A stretch of DNA of 64,000 nucleotides from Alphaproteobacteria bacterium (GTDB lineage: Bacteria > Pseudomonadota > Alphaproteobacteria > Rs-D84). Shown here one piece after another: positions 10,160 through 19,804 of this stretch. The first letter of the stretch is position 1; each line of letters begins with the position of its first letter. The notes under the pieces were generated by a model. It had not been told where the DNA came from. It ran no database searches and worked only from the letters and a program-made list of their open reading frames with translations. The translations under genes were made by a program, and so were the position numbers. The DNA is taken from positions 3,586 to 67,585 of the forward strand of contig WQXN01000002.1 in assembly GCA_009784815.1 (NCBI GenBank). Direction: 5' to 3'.

Positions 10160-12130
10160 CTATCCTCCGGACGGGGCGCCTCTGCTTCTGGTAGGAGTGG
10201 CCGCCACTGGAGCCGTCGGCGCGGAAGGAGCAGAGGAAGGTGCGGCAACCGGCGCTGAAGTTGGTGCGGGGGCAGACGGAGTCGAAAAAAAGGAGGCAGC
10301 ATCCAGCCGTTGTCCGCTATTTTGTCTTTCCCGCATCGCGTTCGCTTCGGCTGCGGACATATTATTCAAACCAGTGTCAGTTCGGGTTCCTGTAAACGTG
10401 CCCGTACCCCCCCCCACCGCTTCACTTGTCGTTGTGCTGCCGCCGCCGCTCGCGGCAACTTGATTTCTATTAGTTTCTCTATTCTGAAGAGCTATTTCTC
10501 GATTTTCTCCGGGTATTGATGTGATTTCAACTCGACCTTCTGCCTCTGGATTTAAAGCGCGATAGGTCGCCAAATTCGCCGCTGCATTATCAAAGTCGGC
10601 ATCAAATTGTGATTGGTCCGCTTGCGCTCTTGCAGCTGCCGCCGCTGCGGCTGCTCCGTTCATGGCGTCTGCATATCCGTCGGCTCCGCTGGCTCTGTTT
10701 GCGTTATCTATCGCCTCTTGTCCTCCGGTGCCGCCTGTATTGGTCCCTCTATCTCCGCGCGGTTGGATCAAAGCTTGTGGATCCGTTGGTTCGGCCGCAG
10801 AGGGCGATGATCCGGCACCGCCTTCGGGTGAAAAGGCTTCGATAGGAATGGCCTGTTGCGTTGAATCGAATTTTGTTTCTTCTTCTTTCTTGTCCAGCGC
10901 GCCGGCGCGTACGGCCGTGACAAGGCTTGCGGCTCCGACTCCAAGCCCCGCGCCAAGGAACGCCGCGCTTGCGCCTGCCGCGGTTACGTCGCGGTTGATC
11001 GCGTTCATAAGATACCTGGTTACGTCCACGCCGAACCATTCTTCTGTGCAAACAAAGTCGCCGCCCGGAGCGATCTTGCGCGAAGCCGGAGTGTATCTGC
11101 GCCCGTCCGCTTCAACCGAGAAGATCGCAGTGAAAGCGCATTCGCCGTTGCGATCGTCGAATACCGCCCCGACGGACGTGCACATATTGCGCATCGCGGG
11201 CATCATTGCGTCAAGCTCGGCCTGAAGCGCGTGTATTTGTTTTTCCCGCTCGACCCGCAGCGCCCCCATCATGTTCGTGAACCTGACTTGTAGATTGCTG
11301 TCGAACTGCCTGAACTCGTCATACACGGGCCGACATGCGGACAGGGCCTGGTTGATCCGCGCCTGCGTCACGCATCCGTTGAATCCGATCGCGACATGGC
11401 CAAGCAATGTTCCCGCCGCGCGCTGTGTCGCGCACTGGGTCTGCAAACAGCGCGAGTAAGCTTCGTTGCCGTTGATGATTTGTCCAAACAGCCATAGGCG
11501 CGCGTCGACTTCGACGTCGTCCCGTATTATTTTTCCATAAACGGAAAGCTCGGCTCCGGAACAATTGACCCGCGTGCGGCATCTGTTGAATCGTTCGCTC
11601 CATACTCCGTCGCCGTCGTTGAAGCATCTTTGCAGATTGTCCCCGCAGTCCTGTTTGACGCAGGCAAGAAGTTCGGTCGCGCACGGAGTGCGGTCGGTCG
11701 GATTTATCCTGCGCCTAAACTGTATCAAGGTTGCCTCGCGCCGCTCGCGGTCGCTTTGCGCTCCCAGCGCGCGCTCCCAAGCGTTGGTCCCGCCGCTGCG
11801 TCTGCCGCCGCTCATATCCTGCATGCGGGTTTTGATTCTGTCGGCGTTGGTTGTCGCCGTCGGCGGTTCTTCCGCAATTACTTCCGGTGCGTTAGCCTGC
11901 ACGACTTGCGCCGCGATAATTCCTGTGGGCGCAATACCCGGCGCCGCGCCGCGCGTAACAACGCCGCGCCCAGCGGTTGAGACTGTAGGCGCAGCACCTT
12001 CGGCGGGCGCTGTGGTTGTCGCCGGTATTCCGCGCGCCGCGCGTCCGGTTGGCGCGGGCGTGCTGGCGGATGCCGAAACCGCAATGGCGATCAAACCTGC
12101 CGATAAAAATTTTATGTATAATATTTTCAT
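10160..12130 (-). CDS. large secreted low-complexity protein: signal peptide, Pro/Ala/Thr linker, Cys-rich domain, glycine-zipper hydrophobic segment, poly-Ala and Ser/Pro/Ala tail
   Basis: 656-aa ORF. Signal peptide MKILYIKFLSAGLIAIAVSASA. Segment AAGASAAFLGAGLGVGAASLVTAV. Runs AAAAAAAARAQ and APAPTSAPVAAPSSAPSAPTAP. Start overlaps the upstream gene stop (ATGA). Contains a G9 tract. Confidence 0.6.
   Translation of the reverse strand: MKILYIKFLSAGLIAIAVSASASTPAPTGRAARGIPATTTAPAEGAAPTVSTAGRGVVTRGAAPGIAPTGIIAAQVVQANAPEVIAEEPPTATTNADRIKTRMQDMSGGRRSGGTNAWERALGAQSDRERREATLIQFRRRINPTDRTPCATELLACVKQDCGDNLQRCFNDGDGVWSERFNRCRTRVNCSGAELSVYGKIIRDDVEVDARLWLFGQIINGNEAYSRCLQTQCATQRAAGTLLGHVAIGFNGCVTQARINQALSACRPVYDEFRQFDSNLQVRFTNMMGALRVEREKQIHALQAELDAMMPAMRNMCTSVGAVFDDRNGECAFTAIFSVEADGRRYTPASRKIAPGGDFVCTEEWFGVDVTRYLMNAINRDVTAAGASAAFLGAGLGVGAASLVTAVRAGALDKKEEETKFDSTQQAIPIEAFSPEGGAGSSPSAAEPTDPQALIQPRGDRGTNTGGTGGQEAIDNANRASGADGYADAMNGAAAAAAAARAQADQSQFDADFDNAAANLATYRALNPEAEGRVEITSIPGENREIALQNRETNRNQVAASGGGSTTTSEAVGGGTGTFTGTRTDTGLNNMSAAEANAMRERQNSGQRLDAASFFSTPSAPAPTSAPVAAPSSAPSAPTAPVAATPTRSRGAPSGG
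10407..10415 (-). repeat. Homopolymeric G9 tract (C9 on + strand) inside the CDS 10160..12130, about 85 codons from its stop
   Basis: CCCGTACCCCCCCCCACCGC read directly; encodes ...AVGGGTGTF... Confidence 0.9.
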
Positions 12131-13152
12131 CTGTTATCGCCAAAGTTAAAGTTAGCCTGATTGACAACTTTGCATGCTTCCGCATTAAAACTGGTGCAAA
12201 GGTTTGTGGCCATCTCGCGCGCGGCCGGATGAGTGCAGTTGTCGGTGGTCTCCGGCGCAAGCAGCGAAGTCGCGGCGACGGTTCGCGCTCCAAGCGCCGT
12301 GTCGAACATAGCGCAATAAACTCTTATGCAATCCCTTTTCGCGCGGTCGTCCTTGCATAAATTCACGGCGCGGTTCCATCTGCGTTGGCGGTCCGCGGCG
12401 GCGTTGGTTTCGGCATTGGCTAGGCGTTCGCGGTCGCGGACGTCCAGATTCCTAATCTGACTTTTAAGATCGGCGTTTATGCTTCCGCGTCTTTTTATTA
12501 CGTTGTTGCCTTCGCGTATTTCTCCGTCTTCGCAACCGTGCTCAAGAAGGCACAGGCCGAAGAACCTGTCGAACGCCGCGTCGTTGCCGACGCCGCGGCA
12601 GTTGACCCATCCCGCTCCGCACCGCGCGTCTTCCTCCATGCAAAGGCCTGTCAAAGCCACGCACATCTCTGTGTCTTTGACTTCGGCAACGGCGGTCGCG
12701 GTTTCATGAAACCTGTTGGCGGCGTCGCTGGCGGCGCACGATTGTTCGACAAGCTTCATATATTCTTCAATGGTGTCCCAGGAATTGTTTTCGTCGCAGT
12801 TGCGGATTTTAGCTACGCATTTTTCGGTGGCCCAAACGAAGCGGTCTTCCGAATTGGTCGGCGCGTCGCGAAGTTCGCGCGCGCTTAAATTCACGTTCGA
12901 ACTTGCGTCAAGCGCAAGAGCCTGAAAGCCCAAAGCGTTTCCGGCTCCGTGATAAGTATCCTCGCGAAGTTGCGCCCGCCGCGCGCGGTCGGTAGGACCG
13001 CACAGACGGCACCGCGATCCGGGATCGGTGGTTATGTCGGTGACGCACGCGGAATCAAGACATCTTATAAGGTCGTTCGTTCTGCACGCAAAGGCATTCG
13101 ACGCGAATACAGCGCCTACCGCGAAAGTAAACATTAATAAGTGCAGTTTCAT
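12127..13152 (-). CDS. secreted Cys-rich protein (about 30 Cys), hypothetical
   Basis: 341 aa; signal peptide MKLHLLMFTFAVGAVFASNAFA; divergent from the 13280 gene. Confidence 0.6.
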   Translation of the reverse strand: MKLHLLMFTFAVGAVFASNAFACRTNDLIRCLDSACVTDITTDPGSRCRLCGPTDRARRAQLREDTYHGAGNALGFQALALDASSNVNLSARELRDAPTNSEDRFVWATEKCVAKIRNCDENNSWDTIEEYMKLVEQSCAASDAANRFHETATAVAEVKDTEMCVALTGLCMEEDARCGAGWVNCRGVGNDAAFDRFFGLCLLEHGCEDGEIREGNNVIKRRGSINADLKSQIRNLDVRDRERLANAETNAAADRQRRWNRAVNLCKDDRAKRDCIRVYCAMFDTALGARTVAATSLLAPETTDNCTHPAAREMATNLCTSFNAEACKVVNQANFNFGDNR

Positions 13153-13279
13153 TCCAAATCTCTCGTCCTATATTGTACCATTTTTACAAACTTCATTCAA
13201 ACTTATTTTTTATATTTGAAAGGTGGTCCAAAATATGATACAATGTCGGAAAGAGATAGTAGACCAAGGGAGTCTGTAA

Positions 13280-15180
13280 TGTATAAAATTATCGGTGCTT
13301 TGTCGTTGTTCGCGGTGTTGCCAATATCGGCCGCAGTGTCCGCTGTTCCCACGGGGGCGACGGTTTACAACGCAAACGCGGTCATGCCTGTGAATATGCC
13401 GGCGCGCGCCGCGACCCAGCAGGGAAGCCTTAGGGCGGCGGTTCAGCATCAACAGCCCGCGCCCGCCCGCGGTGGATTTTTAACCGGAGCGATGGGCGCA
13501 GGCGTCGGTACCGTTAACGTTCCGGGCGCCGGAAGCGCCAGCAACGTTGTGACTAATAATCCGGGGCAAGTGACTCCTCCGCCTCCTCCTCCGGTCGTTC
13601 CGGAAGTCCCGACTATGTCGGTTCAGCAGTGCATGGGCATGATAGAATCCTGCGTCAACAGAACTTTGCCCGGCGGTATAAGGAATCTGTTCGACGAAAA
13701 TATGAGGAATTCGATAATCAACGGCATGAACCTTTGTCAGAACGAAGTAGAAGACTGCCGCGGCCAGGTATTGCTTGCGGTCCGCGTGTCGGACGCCGCG
13801 GATGCCGCGACCATTATGACTCCGGTATATCGCAACAATGCGGACGTCTGGGTTGACTTTAACAGCCGCGTCGTAATGCCGCAATACTATGCGTTTACCT
13901 TGCAGCGCACGGGGCTGACTCCGCGTCAGGCCGAAGCGGTCTGCAAAATGATCGACAGGAATATGTTCGGAACTTCGTTCGCGGCGGTCGGAATCACCAA
14001 CCGCGTAACGACCGAGCTTGATAGGAACGTCGCGCCTTATAATTTGCAGGGCGAAGCGACGGGCTATAGATTCGGTCCGGGAGATCAGCCAATGGGCCCG
14101 GGTCTGAATCGTAATCCGGTCGACGCGATGCGCGGATACTATGGACGCTGGGACGCCGAGCGAGCGCAATGCCTAGTCCGTGTCGCGGCTTATTACAATA
14201 CAAGCCTGATACAGAACAGGTGGACCGCGGGTCTTGGCATGATACACGAACGTGCGGGCTTCCGCGTGGGATCGGGCGAATGGGCGGAAGTATGGCGCAC
14301 GGCCGGCGAAAGCTTTAGCTGCAACAACAACCTGTTCGGATTCAATATGCTGACCAGTACAAAGGAAAATGCAGTTTCTGGCGCAGTCCTGGGCGGAGCG
14401 ACCGGCGCGATAATCGGCGCAGTCGGAACGGCAAGCAAATTGAAGGACGTCGACTGTAGCAATCAAAAGCACAGGGAGGCTCTTGTGCTTGCCCTAAGGC
14501 CCTTTGATTGTCACGGAGATATAGGCGAAATTTGTAGGCCGGTCCAAGCTGGCGCCACTGCCCAAGCTGGCGATGCTGCCACTCCTGCGGGACAAGCCAC
14601 GGCGGCGCGCGCAAATTGGACCATTAACAATTTCGCTCAGTGCGGCAAGGCTTTGGAGCATATAAGGGATAACTTCCAACCCGAGACTTTGGCTGTAGTG
14701 GAAAAAACCTGGGCCGACGAATTCATGGGAGCTGGTGGTCGTGCCTTGATCGGCGGCGGTATCGGTGCGGCCGGCGGTGCGGGTCTTGCCGCGGCGATCA
14801 CCTATTTCGTCGAAACCAACAACATAACTTGCCGCGTTGGCGACAACCTTGAAACCGTCGGATACAACAAGTCCTTCTCGATACCGACTCTGAAAGACTT
14901 CTATGTCAAATGGGCCTTGAATATGCCCGATTCCGACAGCAGCAACCCGCTGCCGATCACGGGACGCGGAGATTGGGAAAACGTCTGCCGATCGCCGATC
15001 GCCGGATCCAGGGACGCGTGCGAGGAAATCAAAGTCAACTATCGCCGCGAAGGTCTGATAACGGGCATGACGATATGGAACGCCTGTACCTGGACCGGGG
15101 ACGAACTGCGCGGAACCTGCGGAATCAACAGGATTACCTGTCTGTCCTACGGAGTTTGCACGCTGGGCGACATACGGTAA
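13280..15180 (+). CDS. large secreted Cys-containing protein with glycine-zipper segments (start taken at MYKIIGALSLFAVLPISAAVSA)
   Basis: Extended -10 TGATACAAT at 13236-13244 and AAGGGAG RBS before ATG 13280. Segments SGAVLGGATGAIIGAVGTAS and GAGGRALIGGGIGAAGGAGLAAAI. Followed by a terminator. Confidence 0.6.
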
Positions 15181-15198
15181 GTTTAACCTCCTAGCTTA

Positions 15199-15226
15199 AA
15201 GCCCCCGAAAGGGGGCTTTTTGTTTT
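15199..15226 (+). terminator. Rho-independent terminator
   Basis: AGCCCCC-GAAA-GGGGGCT stem followed by TTTTTGTTTT. Confidence 0.6.
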
Positions 15227-15305
15227 AGCAATACTTTTCCCATTTACCATTTTCCATTTACCATTTTTTGTGATATAATATCCGTAACAGAGAGAACGTA
15301 AATCC

Positions 15306-16145
15306 ATGCGTAAATTCATCGCTCCGATTTTTTTTATCTTATCATTTTCAGCCTACGCCGCCGAACAGTCCGAAGAGGCTTTGGCGCGCGCCGCGCGTAA
15401 TGATCGTATGAGGCAGGGCGCGGGCATAGCCGCGGCCGGTGTGGGCGGAATGCAATTGGGGCAGGGCCTGGCCGAGAATCAAGCCCAGGCTGCGGGTCAA
15501 CAACGCATGCAGAATTATCTTGATACTTGGCAATGCGGAGTAGGTCGCGTCGACGGCACGACCGGCCGCATAGACTGGTCGCCCGGTACCACGCAGGTTA
15601 GGGCGGGGCAGGTTTGGTCTTCGCCGGAAGCGCATTCGGTCCTGACGCGCGACCTTGCGCGCATGCGCCGCGAGTTTGAAGAAAAACAAAATCAAATCCG
15701 CATGGCCAAGGGCGAGCTTGACATGGAACTGTCCGAAGAAGAGCTGCATACATTCGTAAGACATAATCTTTACGCCACAAGCGACGATGTTGCCGCGGTG
15801 GAAAACATGAACCAAGTCACGACCGGAGGCGGTGACAACCGCATAGCGATCGGTGCCGGCCTTGCGGGCACGGGCCTTATGCTTGCAGGCGGAGCAAAAA
15901 CGGGCACCGCGATCGGAACAGGACTTCTTGCCGGCGGCGCTGTCGCGGCCTATCAGGGACATCAGAACGAAGACGCGGGCAGAATGGCAATAGGCGGAGC
16001 GGCGGCAGTGGCCGGCGCGGGCACAATACTTGTTGATCAATCCGGCGGGCTGGGCAATATTATGAACCGGGGAGGCTCGGGTGGTGCGTCCGGCGGTTCA
16101 GGCGCCGCAGGCATAGGCAATCTCCCCGGCATCATGGGTAATTAA
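15306..16145 (+). CDS. secreted Gly/Ala-rich protein with glycine-zipper repeats
   Basis: 279 aa. Signal peptide MRKFIAPIFFILSFSAYAA. Segments AIGAGLAGTGLMLAGGAKTGTAIGTGLLAGGAVAAY and GGSGGASGGSGAAGIGNLPG. Confidence 0.55.
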   Translation: MRKFIAPIFFILSFSAYAAEQSEEALARAARNDRMRQGAGIAAAGVGGMQLGQGLAENQAQAAGQQRMQNYLDTWQCGVGRVDGTTGRIDWSPGTTQVRAGQVWSSPEAHSVLTRDLARMRREFEEKQNQIRMAKGELDMELSEEELHTFVRHNLYATSDDVAAVENMNQVTTGGGDNRIAIGAGLAGTGLMLAGGAKTGTAIGTGLLAGGAVAAYQGHQNEDAGRMAIGGAAAVAGAGTILVDQSGGLGNIMNRGGSGGASGGSGAAGIGNLPGIMGN

Positions 16146-16220
16146 TTTATACTTATTTATGGCGGGGCAGTATATCCAAGTATATGGCAGCATATAAGAA
16201 TGACTTTGTCGTTTTTATAG

Positions 16221-17030
16221 TCAATCAAACTCTACCGGCGTCCATTTGTCTATTGTATGGTTATAAAAAATATACTCCACTGGTTGAACCCATATACAAC
16301 CCTTATTGCTGCATACTTGTGTATTACATTCATTTTCACGCGTAAACCACAGAAATTGACAACCATCTGGCAATTGTTTATACGCCGATTCAGATGTCTT
16401 TATATCTGTGCCGCCGCAGTCGCGTAATATTCCATCACCATACAACAACCATTCTTTTTTGTCGCCATATATCATATATGCCCCCTTTAGTTCTTTTGGA
16501 ATATAGATTCGGGTTATCTTTGATGGGTTAAATGGAATATATTCATGCCTATCGCGGCACCATATAGCCCCATTGTCTTCTACGTGTGTCATATTGATAT
16601 CTACGTCCAGTACAAACAAATGATTCCCGCGTGTTGCCAAGACAACCGCATTAGGGTTGTCCTGCAATAATACGGCTTTACGAGCTTTTTGTGTAATTGT
16701 TCCGTCACGGTCAAAATTATCAAAATCTTGCCAATCTGGATAAAATACAGACATCAATCTTCCGCCAGATTTTTTATTAAAAAAAGTGAATTTTCTGTTG
16801 TCATCAGGACAATTGATTGACCCTGTGTCTCCTTCGCGCCATCGAGTAAATCCAATGTCGCCCCGATTAAGTTCTTGAGTGGTTAGTTCTTTAAGGTTAA
16901 ATTTATCAATAACGTCTTCAAAATTCATGCGGGATTTAAGAATTACATCTCCACATGACAAAGAATATTCTTGTTTTGTGATTGCGCAAGATGTAATTAA
17001 TGTTATCGATAATACAAATATATATTTCAT
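16221..17030 (-). CDS. lipoprotein, hypothetical (AT-rich gene)
   Basis: 269 aa; signal + lipobox LITSC; 12 Cys; GC clearly lower than flanks. Confidence 0.5.
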   Translation of the reverse strand: MKYIFVLSITLITSCAITKQEYSLSCGDVILKSRMNFEDVIDKFNLKELTTQELNRGDIGFTRWREGDTGSINCPDDNRKFTFFNKKSGGRLMSVFYPDWQDFDNFDRDGTITQKARKAVLLQDNPNAVVLATRGNHLFVLDVDINMTHVEDNGAIWCRDRHEYIPFNPSKITRIYIPKELKGAYMIYGDKKEWLLYGDGILRDCGGTDIKTSESAYKQLPDGCQFLWFTRENECNTQVCSNKGCIWVQPVEYIFYNHTIDKWTPVEFD

Positions 17031-17072
17031 GCGCAGATTATACCGTGCATGAAATATAATATCAATACTATT

Positions 17073-17342
17073 TTAAAAACGATGCCCCCATTCTTGTAAA
17101 CGTTCCATGGGGTCTAAATCTTCCCCCCAAAGTCGTTCTGACCTGGTTGTGTTAGGACCACTGATGGGATTGCCATCTCGCACTTCAAAATGCAAATGCG
17201 ATGGAGTGTTTGGATACCATTCCGCCAGAAGACGCTGGTGCCAGATTTTGATTTGGCGCCAGTATTTTTTTGACGACCTGCATCCCATTTTTTGCGATTT
17301 GCATCCCACTGCTTCATAGCCACTCCTTTTTGGTTGCGGCAA
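17073..17342 (-). pseudogene. remnant of M23 (LytM-type) peptidase C-terminus
   Basis: ORF contains NTPSHLHFEVRDGNPISGP, resembling the M23 motif GPHLHFEIRxxGxxVNP, but lacks the upstream HxxxD and catalytic region. Only 89 aa. Confidence 0.3.
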
Positions 17343-17411
17343 AAGTATTAAAAATGGAAAATGCTTGGATTTGTTAGGGGCGGCGGATAAAACTGGTCTT
17401 GCCGCACGAAT

Positions 17412-17440
17412 AAAAAAATCCAGCGAAAGTGCTGGATTTG
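17412..17440 (-). terminator. Rho-independent terminator downstream of tRNA-Ser
   Basis: Minus strand reads ATCCAGC-ACTTT-CGCTGGAT followed by TTTTTTT. Confidence 0.55.
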
Positions 17441-17456
17441 CTTAAAATAAGATAGT

Positions 17457-17545
17457 GGCGGAGCGTATAGGACTCGAACCTATGGACGGGTTTAAATCCG
17501 TCACGGTTTAGCAAACCGCTGCATTACCACTCTGCCAACGCTCCG
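17457..17545 (-). tRNA. tRNA-Ser (anticodon GCT)
   Basis: Revcomp gives GGAGCGTTGGCAGAGTGGTAATGCAGCGGTTTGCTAAACCG + long variable arm + GGTTCGAGTCC...CGCTCCGCCA. Anticodon loop TTGCTAA. Confidence 0.85.
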
Positions 17546-17677
17546 TTTGCATGACCGGACTATACATTTGACTTCCTAATTTTGCAAGCTTATAATACGC
17601 CCCGGGCGGACGAAAGCCTTCGTTAGTCGGTCAGGGGGAAACCAGCAGCCGGGCGGATAACTTTCGGGTCGCCCTTT

Positions 17678-17944
17678 TTAATAAGTCTGCTGAGACAGGC
17701 ATTTAACATGTTTGCCAACCAACACCATCGTGCCGCCATAGCTCACAGATTTTACTGCTTCCAAACTTTTTAACGCTTCAAGCAGGCTAAGATTGTTATC
17801 AAAAACATACGCGCAGCCGGAAGACCAGTGCCAACTTTTAATTAACGCGCTTTTCTTGGTCGTCTTATTCGTAATGATCGTTATGCCGTCGTTGTCTTCT
17901 TGGCTTATGGAAACATTTTCGTGAAATTCGTAGATATGCGGCAT
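17678..17944 (-). CDS. hypothetical protein (AT-rich)
   Basis: ORF 89-99 aa between two tRNAs; no motif. Confidence 0.3.
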   Translation of the reverse strand: MPHIYEFHENVSISQEDNDGITIITNKTTKKSALIKSWHWSSGCAYVFDNNLSLLEALKSLEAVKSVSYGGTMVLVGKHVKCLSQQTY

Positions 17945-18081
17945 AACGACTCCTTTTATTCTACGCGATCCTAGCATAACCTTATAATAAAGTAAACTAA
18001 TTTTTTAAATTGTCAATACATCTTGACGAATTACGCGTAGCGCTTGCAAAATACAAAACATTAAAGTAAAATACGAACGTT

Positions 18082-18166
18082 GCAGATATGGCGGAATTGG
18101 TAGACGCACTGGATTTAGGTTCCAGCGGAGCAATCCATGGGGGTTCAAGTCCCTTTATCTGCACCA
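18082..18166 (+). tRNA. tRNA-Leu (anticodon TAG)
   Basis: GCAGATA acceptor pairs with TATCTGC; D-arm GCGGAATTGGTAGACGC; anticodon loop ATTTAGGT; long variable arm; T-arm GGTTCAAGTCC; CCA. Confidence 0.85.
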
Positions 18167-18275
18167 ATTACAATTTTGCCCTGTTTGGGGCGATTTTTTC
18201 ATGACCACCAAGACCTGCACCAGTCCGATGATTGTCCAATATATCGGACTCATACCAGCAATTCCGAGCCTTCCT

Positions 18276-19037
18276 TTAATTCACTTTGAAATACGTGCAA
18301 GAGAATGTGGTTGAAAAGCCAAGCTTTTGAAATAGCTTTTCGTTAGTGCTTCCTCTTTCCGTCTGGCAAGTCAATGTCTTACAATTCTGACTAGCTGCCA
18401 ATTCTAAACAATAGCGGCATATCTGAATAAAAACACTTCCATATCTATATTTTGGAAGAACGCCAATCGAATTTATCTGCATAATTCCTTTCGAGATACA
18501 GCACATAATCTGCCCCACGATTTCTCCATTTTTATAAACATTTATCGGGACAAATTCAATGCCTTCGGGTGGTTGAATTTCAAAAAAGCGTTTTATTGAT
18601 TCAACTTCACCCTCATCGCATATCTCATATACTCCGCCGGGTGCTTCGTATATTTTTTGAAAATCCTCGGCAAACTTATTCTTGTCCCGAGCAATTTCAA
18701 AGGCTATGCCGCTATGGCGGTGTTGATATTTCGGCGCATTGGCAGTTTCCAGAAACATGAAAGAGTCTTCGGCAAATCGTTCGAGATTTGAAATTTGCGC
18801 CGTGCTTGCAGGAGTATGAAAAAGACAGACATCTTTTTGATATTTCTCTGAAATTTCCAGCCGCTTGTTAAGTGCCTCTTCCAAAGAGCAATCTTTCAAG
18901 ACAATAAAATTGTAAAATAAGTCATTCGTTTTACAAGATATGAAAACGCTATATTTATCAGACTTCATGATGCAATCTGAAGTTCCGAAATACATCATTT
19001 GCGACAGGTCTATATAATCAGCTAAATCTTTATCCAT
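18276..19037 (-). CDS. hypothetical protein with C-terminal GNAT-like acetyltransferase fold
   Basis: 253 aa; C-terminal IGVLPKYRYGSVFIQICRYCLELA...LFQKLGF pattern; AT-rich. Confidence 0.4.
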   Translation of the reverse strand: MDKDLADYIDLSQMMYFGTSDCIMKSDKYSVFISCKTNDLFYNFIVLKDCSLEEALNKRLEISEKYQKDVCLFHTPASTAQISNLERFAEDSFMFLETANAPKYQHRHSGIAFEIARDKNKFAEDFQKIYEAPGGVYEICDEGEVESIKRFFEIQPPEGIEFVPINVYKNGEIVGQIMCCISKGIMQINSIGVLPKYRYGSVFIQICRYCLELAASQNCKTLTCQTERGSTNEKLFQKLGFSTTFSCTYFKVN

Positions 19038-19290
19038 GACTGCATTTTAATTGGTCAGTCTATTAAATTCAAGGTTGAAAATATGGATAGAGTTCGAGGG
19101 TTTTTAGTATTTCTTATTGAAAGCGGCCATCTTCTCCACTAAGCTCTCAAAATCGGCAGGTTCATCCGTCTTCGCTACGCCACGCCGCGACAGGCTGGTT
19201 CGAAAGTTGCCAAGTCTGCCGCACCACTTTTTTTTATTGTTTTTATTCCTGTTTTTAGTTATAATTAACCGAAACTAAAGGAGTTTGGAT

Positions 19291-19710
19291 ATGGCAGTTG
19301 GCAAACCTAATTACAAAGCCGGGACAGAAAAAGCAAAAAAATATGATTTAGTTAAAAAGTTGATTAATGGATTGATTAAGTCGAACATTCCTTTGAATTC
19401 CATGTTGTACGGACACCTTGAAAATATTAAAAAATGGATTGATGACAAGTCATATAATCCCAAAGACAAAAGTCTTGATGCGGCGATAAACCAATTGCTT
19501 TACGGAATAGAGGTCGATAGGTCCTTGGATCTCCCCGATGGCCTTAAAAAAATATTTACCGAAACCAAGAATGCGGTTGCGGCCACGGACAAAAATTTTG
19601 CCGAATGGATTTCAAAAGCGCATACGCCACAAGTCCAAAAAGATGAACTTATGCGACGCCAAGCGCTGGCATTGTCAGGAGGTTGTCCACGTTGGAAAGA
19701 AATTAGATAA
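19291..19710 (+). CDS. hypothetical protein
   Basis: ORF with TATAAT-like box and AAAGGAG RBS upstream (19262-19284). Confidence 0.4.
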   Translation: MAVGKPNYKAGTEKAKKYDLVKKLINGLIKSNIPLNSMLYGHLENIKKWIDDKSYNPKDKSLDAAINQLLYGIEVDRSLDLPDGLKKIFTETKNAVAATDKNFAEWISKAHTPQVQKDELMRRQALALSGGCPRWKEIR

Positions 19711-19804
19711 TCTTCTGACGGGCAAAGAACATCGACTTCGGTTCATTTACATACATTTTGCCGGAACGATCCCCGTCCAATATATTGCGGGTTATTAGAC
19801 CGCG

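Noticed and set aside
10155-11225. Plus-strand ORFs (102 and 187 aa) in the secreted-protein cluster
   Set aside because: Antisense to the 656-aa minus-strand gene, which has a signal peptide, RBS and operon coupling.
17123-17128. C6 tracts (17123-17128 and 53105-53110) as additional phase-variation sites
   Set aside because: Only 6 nt, below the length at which slippage is usually appreciable, and not associated with the cassette -35/-10 context.
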